In this document: piece after piece, positions 38,191-51,575 of the stretch
Position numbering within the stretch: position 1 is the first letter of the stretch
Layout: each line of letters starts with the position of its first letter
Source of the DNA: Eledone cirrhosa
Taxonomy: Eukaryota
DNA length: 64,000 nt
NCBI GenBank assembly: GCA_964016885.1
Contig: OZ024743.1
Location: forward strand, 29,016,001-29,080,000
Reading direction: 5' to 3'
Translations under genes and position numbers: made by a program
Notes under the pieces: model-generated
Database searches by the model: none
What the model was told of the DNA's origin: nothing
What the model saw: only the letters and a program-made list of their open reading frames with translations

Positions 38191-40835
38191 GGATAGACAA
38201 GAATAGAATACCAAAAGTAGCATTGAAATACTTTGTATTTCAGTGATTTAATGAAGAATTTGGGAAGGATTTACTAAAATTATAATTTCATTAAGGTAGG
38301 ATTTGTAACAAAACAAAATATTCTTATATATAATTATGTTGGAAAGTTTTAATTTAAATAGAAACCCTTTAAAATGGGTGGTTTTGTTTCATAAAAACAG
38401 GCAGTTTTGGACAGGTTAGTATGAATACTGTTAAGATAGACACCATGTGAAAATTGAAAGCTTTGACTGCCAAAGAACACTGATCATAGAATAGGTGAAG
38501 GCAAGCTGAAACAAATGCATTTAAGATAGGTCAAGGCACAGTAAGTTGCTATAGAAAGGTCTAAATGGTTTTGAATCATTTAAGTCTTATGTCCCAATTT
38601 TTAAGATGATGATAAATGATAATAAGTCTTAGATTAACTAGGTATCTATGACTAGCATTCCTGTTCTGGGCAAAAAAATGTTTCAACTGTGGACAGGCTG
38701 TTCAATCTTTACAAGACACACAGGTAGTCCATTCTAGAGTGTTTCTTATTAATCTCATATGAAGGCCATAACTGGCCCTCCAGCTGATTGCTCAGCTGCC
38801 ACATACCAAGATATTATAAGCTCTAGTACATTATTTACTACTACTACTACTACCACCATTACTACACCCCATCCTTACCAGAACTGGCAGGCTGCACACA
38901 AACCAATTTTCAGATGTACTTTGTACAAACATAGTAATATATACAACTGATATATTACTAATATTTTATTTATTTCATAGATCGCTATGTGGTTAAACGG
39001 CAAAATAGCTTCAAAAGAGTTTAACTCTGAAGAATGAAACTGAATTGAGATTAAGCAATATTTACAAGAAGGGACTTTAAGTTGTTATTTATTATGGTAC
39101 TTAAAACCCAATCGTATTTCTTATATTTCTAACTGATGTAGTAATATTCTAGTAATACATTGATCATTTATTTGATCATTTATTAATTATATAAAAAAGT
39201 ATATTGCCTTACCACACACATACACATGTATATATAATATATGTATATATATATATGTGTGTGTGTAGCAAACACATACAGATACAGACATCTGTATTAT
39301 CTGCTGCATTAACTGTTTGAGCAGAAATAGTATTGGTATTGAAGGTAAGGATTTCACTGAGAAATTTTACAGTTTAAAAAAAAAAAAAGAAATTAGAAAG
39401 GAAAATGAAAGTCTCAAAGAAACAGAAAGAGAAGAAGATTATCCCTTTTTCTGGAGTTTCTTTGATACAATTCTCAGGTGAATCTTATTTCTGTATTATT
39501 GCATTAATCAGATTCCATTCCACACCAATGACACACATCTAAAAGAATGGTATCTTGAAATAAACTTGCTTAGATTATGATTGTTGTGTTCTTATGTATA
39601 AAATCGATTGAAAAGAAAAATATTTCTTTTAAAAAGAAATAATAGATGCAATGCTATACAGTGTGTGGGATGTATTAATATATTCTTGACAAAAAAAGAC
39701 TTATATTACAAGACATAAATTGAAGCAAAATGTCTATTGTACATCATAAAAGTGTAACTAATTCATTTATCTAAGATTAAAAGAACTAAGGATTATAAAG
39801 ACAAATTGCTTCTAGACTAAAATGTACAAAGGTGAAAAAAATATCTAAAACAAAACTCCCACGTTATATAAGAAACCTATTTACTTTCAACAAATATATC
39901 CTTTTGAGGTAAGTATTTTATTAAATATATTCAAATAAAATGTAGTTTTAAAAGAATTTTTAGCTGCATAAATAACATCATCAAATTTTAATCAAGTTTG
40001 TATTTGTCTTAATGCATTGTACTGAGTTATTGCTCTTCATATTTCAGCCAGATTTAGAATATTATTGAAAAAGATTATTTATACAAAAGTATTTGATAAT
40101 TTACACCAGTTCTTATTATACTTTTCTTCAGATACTCAACCATGTCAGATGTAGCTTCCTTCACTTACTTTTTGTCATTTATATAAAGACTTTATTCAAC
40201 AAATATGTTTATACCATGACAAAAAGGAAACTACAAAAAGGGAAGAGAAAAAAATCGAAGGGGCACTCTACACCATTGGCTAGAATGTAGAACAGATATG
40301 AAAACAGTTGCTACAGAAAACAGGCAGCAATACCTGCTACATCAGCCAGTCAATCTTGTAGGGCTCCTTACTACAGTACGATGCTCTTATCCCAATTTGG
40401 CAGAGGAAAATGGCAGTCAAGAAACTGAGGACATCAGAGATTTCAACGGTAGCTGACACAAAATGGTCAGTCAATGCCTGGTATTTATTCATCTTCCATT
40501 ATTCTGAATTACGGGTGGCAGTGTCCAGGGTTGTGACCCAAGTGATGAGGATACCACCAGACAATGTTGCAACAGTTAGCATTTCAGATAAGTAAGTTAG
40601 CCCCTCAAAATATGGTATGGCTGGGCATTTACCTTCCCCATGGTTGAGGTTGAGAAGGTTCAGTTATGATAGAAAACAAGTCACATGAAGTTCTTTCTTT
40701 ATCTTTAAATTTCTTCTACTTTTCCAGGGTCTTTCCTCATGTCTTAAGTCTCATTCCTCATTGGCATCCTCCTCTCTACAACTTCTGTTGCTGCTTTTGT
40801 TTTCCTATGTATTATATATATATATATCATCGCCA

Positions 40836-41226
40836 TGGAGGCACAAGGCTTAGTGGTTAGAACATTGGGCTTGCAATCGAAAGGTTGCGAGTTCAATTCT
40901 CAGACCGGGTGATGTGTTGTTTCCTTGAGCAAGACACTTTATTTCACATTGCTCCAGTTTACTCAGCTGTAGAAATGAGATGATAAGGACTGGGGTCCCT
41001 ATCATTCCACTGCAAAGCGGTCGTTGAGGTGACACGGCAAAAAAAGCACCCAGCCCACACTATAAAGTGGACGTGTAGGCGCCACGGAAAAAAAAGCACC
41101 CAGCACTCACTGTAAATGAGGTTGGTGTTAGGAAGGGCATCCAGCTGCAGAAATCAAGCCAGAATCAGTTCCCGTCCCACCCTTGCAAGCAGGGAAAAGC
41201 GGACGTAAAATGATGATGATGATGAT
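40836..41226 (+). mobile_element. Full-length family B SINE (tRNA head, CORE-like body, RTE-derived 3' half)
   Basis: A box ggcttagtggtt, B box gagttcaattc, ccttgagcaagacact core. The tail cccgtcccacccttgcaagcagggaaaagcggacgtaaaatgatg nearly equals the RTE end at 63343-63390. Confidence 0.85.
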
Positions 41227-42649
41227 AACAGTGTTCTTCTATAAGGAGTGGTTATTCTCTGATGAGGACACAATAATGTCTGAAATGCATTGGAATGATC
41301 TCATGTTTTTCTGGGTAGGGAGGAATAGTTGAAAGTGTTTACACTTGACATTTTGTTCTTTTCACAGCTAAGGCTTCGAATTAAAAAAAACAGTAGTTTT
41401 ATCTACAATATCTTTACCAATAAATTTTTATAAATCAATACTTAATTTCCAAGATTCCAATTATAACTAGTATTCAATACTTTCTTCTTGAGACATGTGA
41501 ACCATCATGTATGAATATATCATTCACATCACATTTATTTCTTCATATTACATCACATGAATTTTTTTTATAACAATATCAAATCTATTAACTCTTTTAG
41601 GAGGGATAATTTCTGATGAAATTTCCTAATTTATTTTGAAAATGTCTCCATCTCCATCATACTTTATAAAAATACATTGTGTTAAGCTAATTTAGAAAAT
41701 CCTGGAAGTACAATCTTAGTTACTTAAACCCATTATAGTATTTCTCTTGTTCCCTTACTGCTTCCTCTTATAATAAATTCTAGCTGACAATAATAAGTAA
41801 AATTGGAAAAAAATTATATATAGCCAACATGAGTTTATTAGATGAGAAATATCAAAGTTACTTCTAAAATAATATGTTCCTTTTCATGATGTAAAATGTA
41901 TTTAAAAAGAAATGCTAGTAATTTTATCTAAAAATATGAATTTTTTGGAATAGACATTGTGCTCTGACAAAATTGATGAAGATACATTTAGCTTTGTAGA
42001 GAGACAAATATAGTAATATTGAATCACTTGATTTTAAAAATATGTTCCAAGGGATGGCTAGAAAATTTGATTTTATCAAAAATGTCGTTCAAAATTATAT
42101 TTATCATAAAATATTTTAAATTATATTCCATCAGATTTTTTTTTCTAACAAAATGATTTGAAATTTTTGTTACTTACATTACCAAAAACATTTTCCATTT
42201 ACCTTTTTATAGATAAAAATACTCATTTAAAGATTAAATAACGTTTTTAACAATAATTTTCTTGAAATACTTTTTTATTTTTTCTGACTTACAAATCATT
42301 TTTAAATATACAAAATAGTTTTCAAGTATTTATATAAAATTTTATCATGTGTTGAAGAAGGATGAAAGTGATTGGGTGAGATGAATGAGAAAGGAAATGG
42401 AGGAAATATAAGACTAAAAAATATATGGCTAAAGATGATGGAGGAGGAATCGAAAGCCAGAGGGTTGATGTGGGAACAATGCAGAGAAGCCTGCCATGGG
42501 GCCCACTAAGCAACTCACAGCTTCAACAGGAAAGATGGCCTTAAAACATTTGTTGTTGTTGTAGAGATAACAGGATTATTTTTCACTTCCTAAATGTTTA
42601 CTTGTGTTTGAATATAACAACAACACAACAAGTGTTTAAGAGTAATAAT

Positions 42650-42827
42650 TGCTTCTACTTTAGGCACAAGGCCAGCAATTACCCAGTGCATTACTGGTAC
42701 TTTATTTTATCGACCCCGTAAGGATGAAAGGCAAAGTCAACCTCGGCGGGATTTGAACTCAGATCGTAAAGGGATGTAACTATGCTGGAAAGCATGGCAT
42801 CTGACCCTCTACCGATACTGCCAATCC
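42650..42827 (-). mobile_element. tRNA-derived SINE family A with TSD agtaataat
   Basis: TSD at 42641-42649 and 42828-42836. Confidence 0.85.
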
Positions 42828-44229
42828 AGTAATAATGGCTGTAAGTGACTTCTCTGTATTGATAACAAATATGGGAAAATAGTTATTTTATTTTCAGAAT
42901 TCTGATACTAAAAATGTACTGGAAGTTATTGTAGGCAAAAAAAAAAGACTTGTTTTTAAGAGTACATTAGTTGAAACATTTTTGTGGTACAATGGACTGC
43001 TTTCTTTAAATTCAAGTAATACTTAACTCAATCATCACTTTACATCTGTTTTCCATGTTGGGATGGGTTGCATGGGTTATTAGGATCCAAGACTGGACAG
43101 GTTGGAGAACTACATTGTGCTCATACATTTCAAATTTTGGCATTGATGCTATGTTCTACCAAACACCAACTATTTTGCATTGTGTGTTTGATGCATGTTA
43201 TCATGGCACCAGTTTTACCACTTTACAGAGTGTACTAATTGTATATTAACATGACATCGGCATTTTATAGAATGTTCAGAGTGCATTTAATCCAGGAGCC
43301 AGAACTACCATTTTACAGAGTGTACTGGGTACATTTTATTGTGACACCAGCATTACTGCTGTAATGAATTTACTAGGTGCATTTTATCATATGCCAAAAT
43401 TAGAGTGATTGACCAATCCTTGTCAGAGCCAAACGGTCCTCTGTATTCTTTGTTGTCTTAGTCTCATCTCCAATTTCCAGAGGAGTTATGAATGTGTTCC
43501 ACCATGACACCAATACTAGAGAAGTTGGCTCATCACTAATGGCTAAAAAGGGAATATTACACTTTAAGTATTCTTTGATTTTTCAAACAGAAAAACAAAT
43601 TCAGAATTTTACATAGATAAATCCTGTAAGATGTAAATTTCCTTTGACATACAAACATTTCCATAGTTCAAAGATAAATTAGTTCTTTTAATTTCTTTAT
43701 ATAGTTAGCATATAGAAAATGCTAGAGGTATATATAAGCATTTTATACACAATCTCAACAACCTGAAACACAGATCAACAAATTTGATCACAGATATATC
43801 TTTTTACATGCTAGAGATAATAGCTCTGGGCGTATATTATAATTTCAATGTTTGCATGAGAGAAATTCACTAAAATTCTAGTACACAATGAAGTTTTAAA
43901 TTAAAATCAGACATACTAATAAAAAAAAATTGAATTGAAACATAAATAATGTTCTTATTTTACCTGTACTTTCCTTGTCTATGTTTTAAACCTATTTTAA
44001 TTGCCAATCTTCTCTTTTTAATTTTCTTTTAAGAAACTGCTTTATCTAGTAGAATATATATCTAGTCTGAAATTCCAAGTATACTTACATGGCTTTATTC
44101 TCAATAGCTAATCTAATAACAAGATTTTAATGAGATTATTGAGAAAAGCAATTGAAATACTGCTAAAATAAGCAGTAATTATATAGAATTATACAGAATT
44201 ATGGATGGGAGAAAAATGTTAAATCAAAA

Positions 44230-44271
<42 letters not shown>

Positions 44272-44491
44272 TAAAATACACTTGAAATTGTTGAGTAGTA
44301 CTGATCATTTTTATTTACAAAATTCTTTTATTATTGCTTACTATTCAGCCCTTAAATCAATAATTTCAGAAATATAATTGAAATTAAGATAATTTCAATG
44401 TTTTTTTTATTACTCCTATATTCATTTCTAATCAATTTTTATTGAAAAACCTGTTTTACACACCAGGTATAAGATTTTGTATATGCACACA

Positions 44492-44522
<31 letters not shown>

Positions 44523-44826
44523 CATTATCATCATCATTGTATGTTGGCTTTCCCATACAGGGTTAAATGTAATTGAGAAAACTGTCCTCCTGTATAGGCT
44601 AGGGTTAATGTCTCAAATGCTGAAAATTGTGTTGAAATATGATGACAACCTCCCTAGTGCTGGTTCCATGATAAAATGTACTCATAAGAGTGTGGGACCA
44701 TATGTACGTGAGAATGCAGGTTCCCAGCTTGTCTGGAATGTCAGTAGACCTGCTTCAGTACTGACTTCTGTCCAACCCTTGCTATCAGGGAAAGTGGATG
44801 CTAAATGATGATGAAAACTGAATTTA

Positions 44827-45045
44827 GGGCAGTGGATTGGTAGATACATTAGAGTAATGGACAAAATGCTTTCCGGTATTTGTTCTGACTCTTTATGTTC
44901 TGAGCTCAAATGCCACTGAGGTCAACTTTGCCTTTCATCCTTCTAGGGTCAATAAAATATTATACCATTCATTTACTGAAGTCAATATAATCGACTTTCC
45001 CTACCCGAAAATTGTTGGCCTCGTGTCTAAATTAGGAAACATTAC
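44827..45045 (+). mobile_element. Older family A-related SINE (similar at about 54130-54320 +, 1000-1140 -, 4770-4890 -)
   Basis: gaggtcaactttgcctttcatcc core with a diverged head. Confidence 0.6.
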
Positions 45046-45094
45046 TATAAAAATGAATGAAAAGACAAAAATATGAAAATATTTATTTACTTAC

Positions 45095-45252
45095 TTCAAA
45101 GAATCCACCTAATGCAGTTAGACTGAAAAATGGAATTTTACATGGTCCACTCATTGTACAAATCAAGGAAAAAATATTCTCAAGGCTGTTAGCTATGGTA
45201 TGGACAGTATCCTTCGGTATTCCTGATGCCAAATCAATTATCATAGCTGTGG
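45095..45252 (-). CDS. M1AP: M1AP-like exon 2 (ATAMIIDLASGIPKDTVHTIANSLENIFSLICTMSGPCKIPFFSLTALGGFFE)
   Basis: ttctttag acceptor, gtaagt donor, 158 nt open, phase 1 to 0. Resembles human M1AP ALQNFFSLACSLMGPSRMSLFSLY (recalled). Confidence 0.88.
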
Positions 45253-46299
45253 CTAAAGAAGAAAAATAAGCTGAGTGTTAAACCATATTAGGGTAATAGA
45301 TGTTTATTTAAGATATATTAGTATAGTTTATAAGGGTTATTGTGAAATGTGTGTTTAGGACTGTTTGGAGGAAAGCCAGAATAATGCAAGTTAGAAATTA
45401 GGATTGAAACAAAAGAAATGTAAGACAAATATTTTATGATATTTCAGGATTAGGGCACCTTTTTACAATCTGCCATTAACCTTACACTCTATTTCTTCCT
45501 TTTGATAAAGGGGTCTTAGCCCCCAAATATCATGAAATATAAGATAAACATGTAAACTATAGTTCTGTTTGTCTTATCTTATTATCATTTCACTCATTTA
45601 TTTCTAAATTACCTTGTACTGGATTTCCCAAAACAATCATCATCATTTAATGTCTGCTTTCCTTGTTAATAAAGCTTTGACGGGTCTACATAGACCAAGT
45701 CAATACTGAATCGGGGTTACTGTCATCCCATCAGGCTGGGAGGTATGAATCTCACTTAAGAATGGTCACATCTTTTACTGAATGCACAAGAGAGGTTGTC
45801 ATGTCTTTGACACAACTGAGGGTCCTCCCAACCCTTTTTTAGGCAAGCTTTCTATGGCTGGAAGCTCTCTCTATCACCAACAACTTTATGTATGTACTGG
45901 GTGCATTTATCATGTAGAGAGGTTGTCACATTGTGACACACTGAAGGGTCCTCTCAACCCTTTTTTAGGCATGGGTTCACCAAACATCTTACAGGGTATA
46001 CTGGGTGCATTTTCATGGCACCCAACATTAGAGAGGTGGTTAACCCTTGTCCTAAAGCAAGAGCCCTCTCTGCTCCGTGGGGGGGGGGGTAATGGAAATG
46101 ATAGATGGGAGATAGGTAAGAAGTTGGTGAAAAGTATGGAAGGGGATGGTGAAGATATAAAAATATGAAAAAATATACAGAAAATTCAAAATACAAAGCT
46201 ATGAATAAAATAGGAAAATAGTTTTAAAATAAAGAAGAAAATATCTAGAAAAGGAGTAGGCATAATGTCTATACAGTATACACAATGCAAATCTTGGGT

Positions 46300-46527
46300 A
46301 CACAAGGTATGGACGTGTGAGTGACAAAGAGCCAAGTAACCCCAGTGGAAGGAAGCTGCAGTAGAGGAAGACCAAGGAAGACCTGGATGGAAGTGGTGAG
46401 AACTGATTTCAGATTGTTAAATTTCACAGAGGAAATGACAAAGGAGTGTGACAGGTGGAGAGATGATGTACTGAGAAGGACACATCCAATCCATGCAAGC
46501 ATAGAACAATGGATGTATGATGATGAT
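46300..46527 (+). mobile_element. RTE 3'-end fragment
   Basis: VEGSCSRGRPRKTW...RWR followed by a (gat)n tail. Confidence 0.75.
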
Positions 46528-47253
46528 AGTATTGCTATTGATTTCTTTTTACTAGGCATATGGCAATTTTTCTATGATGGTGAATTAAAACAACTATTTT
46601 AAAAAACTTAACTCTTTCCTTAAGTATATATGAACCCATAACTCCTAATGGAGTTTTATGTGTGCCGAAGAGACAAACAGCATGTCTTGCATATTTTAAA
46701 CCTGGCAGCACCCCTCCTATCTCCATGTTTGAACACAACTGATTTCTTGAGAGAAGTGAAAAGCAAGTGATAGAGAGGAAGTGAGAAAGATATACAGGAA
46801 GAATCAACCCCAGTACTGGACTGATACCTTTTTTAGCAAGTTTGAAAGGATGAAAACCTTTTCATTACCATGTTTCTAATAAAAGCATACTCATAATTTT
46901 TATACAATTTTTTAAATAATCAAGGAATTTGAAGGATTTAGAAATATAGCTTTATCATTATTTTTCTGGTATTTGGAACATAATCTAACAAATATAAATG
47001 CTTTGAAATATACAGCTTGGTATCATAGAACCATGGATTATTTCAAGCAGTCTAGTATCAAAACAGTTTTTAAAAAATGAAAATCAAAACTATCTTTTGA
47101 ACTTATAACATATAGAAATAAGACTAAATATTCTTAGGATTTTAGTGTTTCTGCAAATTCAACTTTCGAGGAAAGTATCATTATTAATGTATCAATATCT
47201 AATTTATCTTATTTCAAATTAATAGCATCAGCTGATAGACTTATTTATTACAG

Positions 47254-47600
47254 GCACAGGCATGGCTGTGAAGTTAAAGAGTTTGCTTTACATGCATGTA
47301 TTTTTGGAATCACTACCACTCCATGGCACATTACTATAGCCATGGGTTGACCAATAGTTTGTGAGCAAAATTTGGTAAACAGAAACTGCAGTTACCTGCC
47401 ATATGTATTTGTGCATGTCGATGTGTGTGTGTGTGTGTACTTATGACCTTGACTTAGAAGTTTGACAAAAAGTGATCAATAAATTAAGTGCCAAACTTGA
47501 GAAAAAATAAGTACTGGGATTGATATGATTGACTAAATCCCTTTAAGGCTGTGCCCAGCATGGCCACAGTTTTATGACTGAAATAATAAAAGAAAAAAAT
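47254..47600 (+). mobile_element. Old tRNA-derived SINE
   Basis: Degenerate ggcacaggcatggctgtg head, aagtactggg...gactaaatcc body and A-rich tail. Confidence 0.45.
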
Positions 47601-48251
47601 ATTCTGTATGTAATCAAGAATATTGTTTTGGGAGTATGAAAAAAGAGTAATGGTCATATATCTTTGTTAAAACCATTAACAATATAAAAGAACTGAAATA
47701 GTTATAAGTGAGAATCATAAGTAGAAGAGACTTCACTTAAATTTTACTTAATGGTGCTTACTATAAATATTAATAATGAATTTTGAAATTCATAGAACCA
47801 TAAACAATTACATTGTCTTATTGCATTTCCATGATTATGTACTATTAGAAATTGTATTAAAAAATTGTTAAAATATCTTGTGTATTCATCATCATCATTT
47901 AATGTATGTAGAAGTATAACCAATATATTACATTGAAGTTATATTTTTTTAATTATACATTTATAAATTCAGTGTAAAAGAAACATGATATCAATAATAT
48001 AAACAACATTTTCAATAAAGATATTTAAAAAAAAGAACTCAATGAAATCAATAATAAATAATAAAGCTTGTCTCAAATAATATTTGGTTCACATATCAAA
48101 ATCAATTAAATCATTTTGCTTATTTATTTTTTGATAATGATTTATAAAATTTAATTGAAATATATTTGTAAGAAATGTTTAACTAGTACAAAGAAAAAAT
48201 AAACTGTTTTCCTCATTTTCACTAAAAATCTTTTTTTAAAAATTTAATTAC

Positions 48252-48351
48252 CAGGATGCTGTCGAAATACTAATGTATTGAAGGTGCTGCTCTTTGAACT
48301 GACTGATTGCTTGCATTTACTTGACTGCATTTTCAAAGTTCCTCGGTTCAT
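48252..48351 (-). CDS. M1AP: M1AP-like gene, first coding exon (MNRGTLKMQSSKCKQSVSSKSSTFNTLVFRQHP)
   Basis: ATG at 48351 (alternative in-frame ATG at 48330) with an in-frame TGA upstream. The GT donor at 48251 leaves phase 1, matching the next exon. RQHP-A resembles human QQPP-R (recalled). Confidence 0.7.
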
Positions 48352-48607
48352 CAGGATTACTGTTAAACTTCACTGTAATGATGAAAATCATGATGTTTTT
48401 AATTTTAAATACAGGAATATATTTTATGGTTTCTTTAAAGTAGTAGTGTTTTAAGAATTGAGGAAACATTTTAGATACTTTTATATAATTGTAACTGTAA
48501 ATGATCAAATGTTATTGAAATAGTAATTTTAATGATGAATGAATTCTTGTTAATAAATGTAAAATTGGTCCACAGTAGCAGTTACTGACAAAGTAGGCAA
48601 GTAGTGC

Positions 48608-48850
48608 AGTGGTACTCAACCTTTTTTTTTACCCATGGATCCATTTGATTACTCTGAATGGCTATGGGGGTCCACCAATGTTTAAACAGTCTTATTGCAT
48701 TTTCATGATTATCTACTATTAGAAATTGTATTTAAAAATTGTTAAAATATCTTGTGTATTCATCATCATTATCATCATCAATTAATGTATGTAGAAGTAA
48801 AACCAATTTATTACACATAAAACTTCAGCAACTAACAAAAATTCTATGGA
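48608..48850 (+). mobile_element. hAT-like MITE fragment; its internal part is repeated at 47815-47932
   Basis: Begins cagtggtactcaacc, similar to hAT/Charlie termini; a ~120-bp direct repeat is seen. Confidence 0.45.
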
Positions 48851-50372
48851 AAATGAATGCTCAATAGTAAAATAAGTCAATCATATACAAATAATGAAAA
48901 ATATAAAGAATTTCTTAAATTTTCCAATAAAAACTCAGAGGAAGAAAAATGCCTTGTGAAATAAAACACTTCAAAAATAACAATAATCAGTTTCTATCTC
49001 TTACTCTACTTATATATGTGTGTGTGTGTTTGCATATGTGTGCATATGTACATGTATATATCTCTATCTCTATCTTGTTCTCTACATATATATATATATA
49101 TATATATATATCGGATGTACAACAGTACTGTTGTACATCAGAAATATGTATAATAAAATGTAATTGATCAAAAGAACATCTATTTTATTAATACTTATAT
49201 TTTAATATTAATAACTCCTGAAAATTATTTTCAGTTGAGTGCTTCCAATCTACTGTAAAACTCATTCTTTGACATAATCATCGAATATTGTTTAACAACT
49301 TAATACTTATATATATATATATATATAAACATTTATGTATTTGTTCTGACAAATTCTTAATGTGAAATCGTATGTTGAAACCAATATTGTAATATTTGAG
49401 GATGGCCATTTTGCCAATATTGCCAATAGAAAGAAACACACACATCTTATAATTTTCACTTTATCTCTATAGATGGTGCCGGTGGTACTGGTATGTGGTT
49501 CATTATGTGTTGGGGTAATAGTGGGTGGTGGTGTGCTATATTATTTTTTTATTATTATTTGCTAGAGCTGGAGGAAGGGTTATTGCTGGGCCTGGGGAAT
49601 TGAACACAATATGTATGATGAGAGGAGGAAAGACAAGTGTGGCATGACTGCTTGAGTGAAGGTGGTATAGGGTCAACCAGCTCTGAAGAGCAGATGCCAT
49701 TTGCCATTCATTAAAGTAGCGATAGAATTATGAATCAGAGGTTTGTGCATATCTGTCAGTAACTATCAGGGTTCTCTAATTGTGGGCTGTTCATGTTTAA
49801 AGGTGGTGAGGTGCAGTGATGTTTTTGTTCCACACACATGCAATCAACTAAAATAATAAAAATAAATCAGATCGTCCACTGGCTAGGTTTCAGTCGTTTA
49901 ACCAGACTGCCGTCATATAGAACAATGTTTAAAGTGTTTTCTCAGTCATCTTGATACTAGTACTTATTTCATTCTATTACTTATTATTAATTTCTATTTC
50001 CTAAAGTACTACATTGCAGAACAAAGGCAAGAAAATGTGTGCATGCACACATGGAATATAAATATTTGAAATAATTTATTTATGCAGAGTTGCAATTATT
50101 ATTTTCCGAGATATTGTCAGTGAATGAGTCACCTTTTTCCTGAGTAGCATCAGGTACAACTGTTAGTTGTAAATGAGAATTATATAGGAGAAAATATACA
50201 AACATTAAAACAAATTAATATCATTTTATCAAAAGATATTACTGTAATTCTAGTTGGTTGAATTGTCATAGAGATGCATTGTTAGGGAAGAAGTTATGTT
50301 TTGTCATAATGATGATTATATCGTACTCAAGGAAGTATCAATATTACTACCTCATAATTTCCCGGGTCTTAA

Positions 50373-50622
50373 CCCTATTGATACTAACCTGCTTGAAATC
50401 ACCCCAGATCTATGATGAAAAATATCTATTTTAAAGTATTCCTCTTTAAATTTAAACAGTCCATTATAATCATTTGTAAGAACGTTTTCCTAAATTATGT
50501 TCTAAATACCAGCATGATATTAAGATATGTAGTTATATTAGTATTTCAATATTTTTATTGTTTTAAAAATTAATTGAAAGTCACAGGAAGTCTCTTTCAT
50601 TAGAAATATGGTAACAAAAGAG
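50373..50622. mobile_element. Diverged TTAA-flanked MITE (related pieces at about 14035, 38200-38430, 46850-47070)
   Basis: TTAA|ccctattgatac ... gtaacaaaagag|TTAA. Confidence 0.55.
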
Positions 50623-51490
50623 TTAAATATTTGAAGAGAAAACCCCAAAGATTATGTGAAGCTATGTCTACTCTACCAGGAGAAAGATGCCAGTTCAATA
50701 GTTATTAAATAAAGTTTTTACTGAAAATGTGATGGCTAAAAGCAATTAATTCTCTACTATATCATTTAGCAACACATTTTCTATTTAAACCTACACAAAA
50801 GAACTTAGTAATCATATGAAATATATATATATATAAAGAAAATCTGTAGATTCAATAGGTTCATGTATGTTTTTGTCAGCAAGATTTGGATGAAAAATAG
50901 AAATAAAAGAGATGTGTTGGGATTTCTTTGATTAAAAACATCATCATAGATGATAAGATATATATATAATTTGAGCAATTGAAAGTATAAAGGAAATTTT
51001 AGCACTTGAATCTATATTAAATTGGTTTAATTATTCTGTTTTGTTTAGGATATCTGACAAAGTATGTATTAATATATAACTTAATGATAAATTTCATTTC
51101 CAGCATTTAAATTTTACAAAATATAGAGAGAACCACATACAGACATACACAGTTCTCCATCATACCAAACACTCACACATTCCATGCAATTGGAATTTTT
51201 AATACATTATATTGATATAGTATTACAAGTCACTATAATTATTTCACTTCTTCCTCAAATATCTCAACAAAAGATCTGCCAAGATAAAAAGCCACTTCGA
51301 AACTGATATCCTAATCACAATCTCCTTCAGTACACTCTCAAAAAACATCTTCAGTATGGATTGTTCTAAATAACTATATCATACATACTTACTAATGCTT
51401 ATACTAACTATTCAAGTTATCAAAAGCAATATCCTGTAATTAAAGTAATTAAAGTTTTAAATTTCTAAGATGAAATGTTACCAACAGTGA

Positions 51491-51575
51491 ATCATCATCA
51501 TCATCATCATCAACGTTTAACGTCCGTGTTCCACGCTTGCATGGGTTTGGACGGGGGTAGTCCCACTTGAGGCAA
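51491..51575 (-). mobile_element. Very short retroposed 3' tail of the young RTE family
   Basis: 51511-51575 is identical to 56879-56943 and carries a (cat)n tail; agtgaat flanks both sides. Confidence 0.85.
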
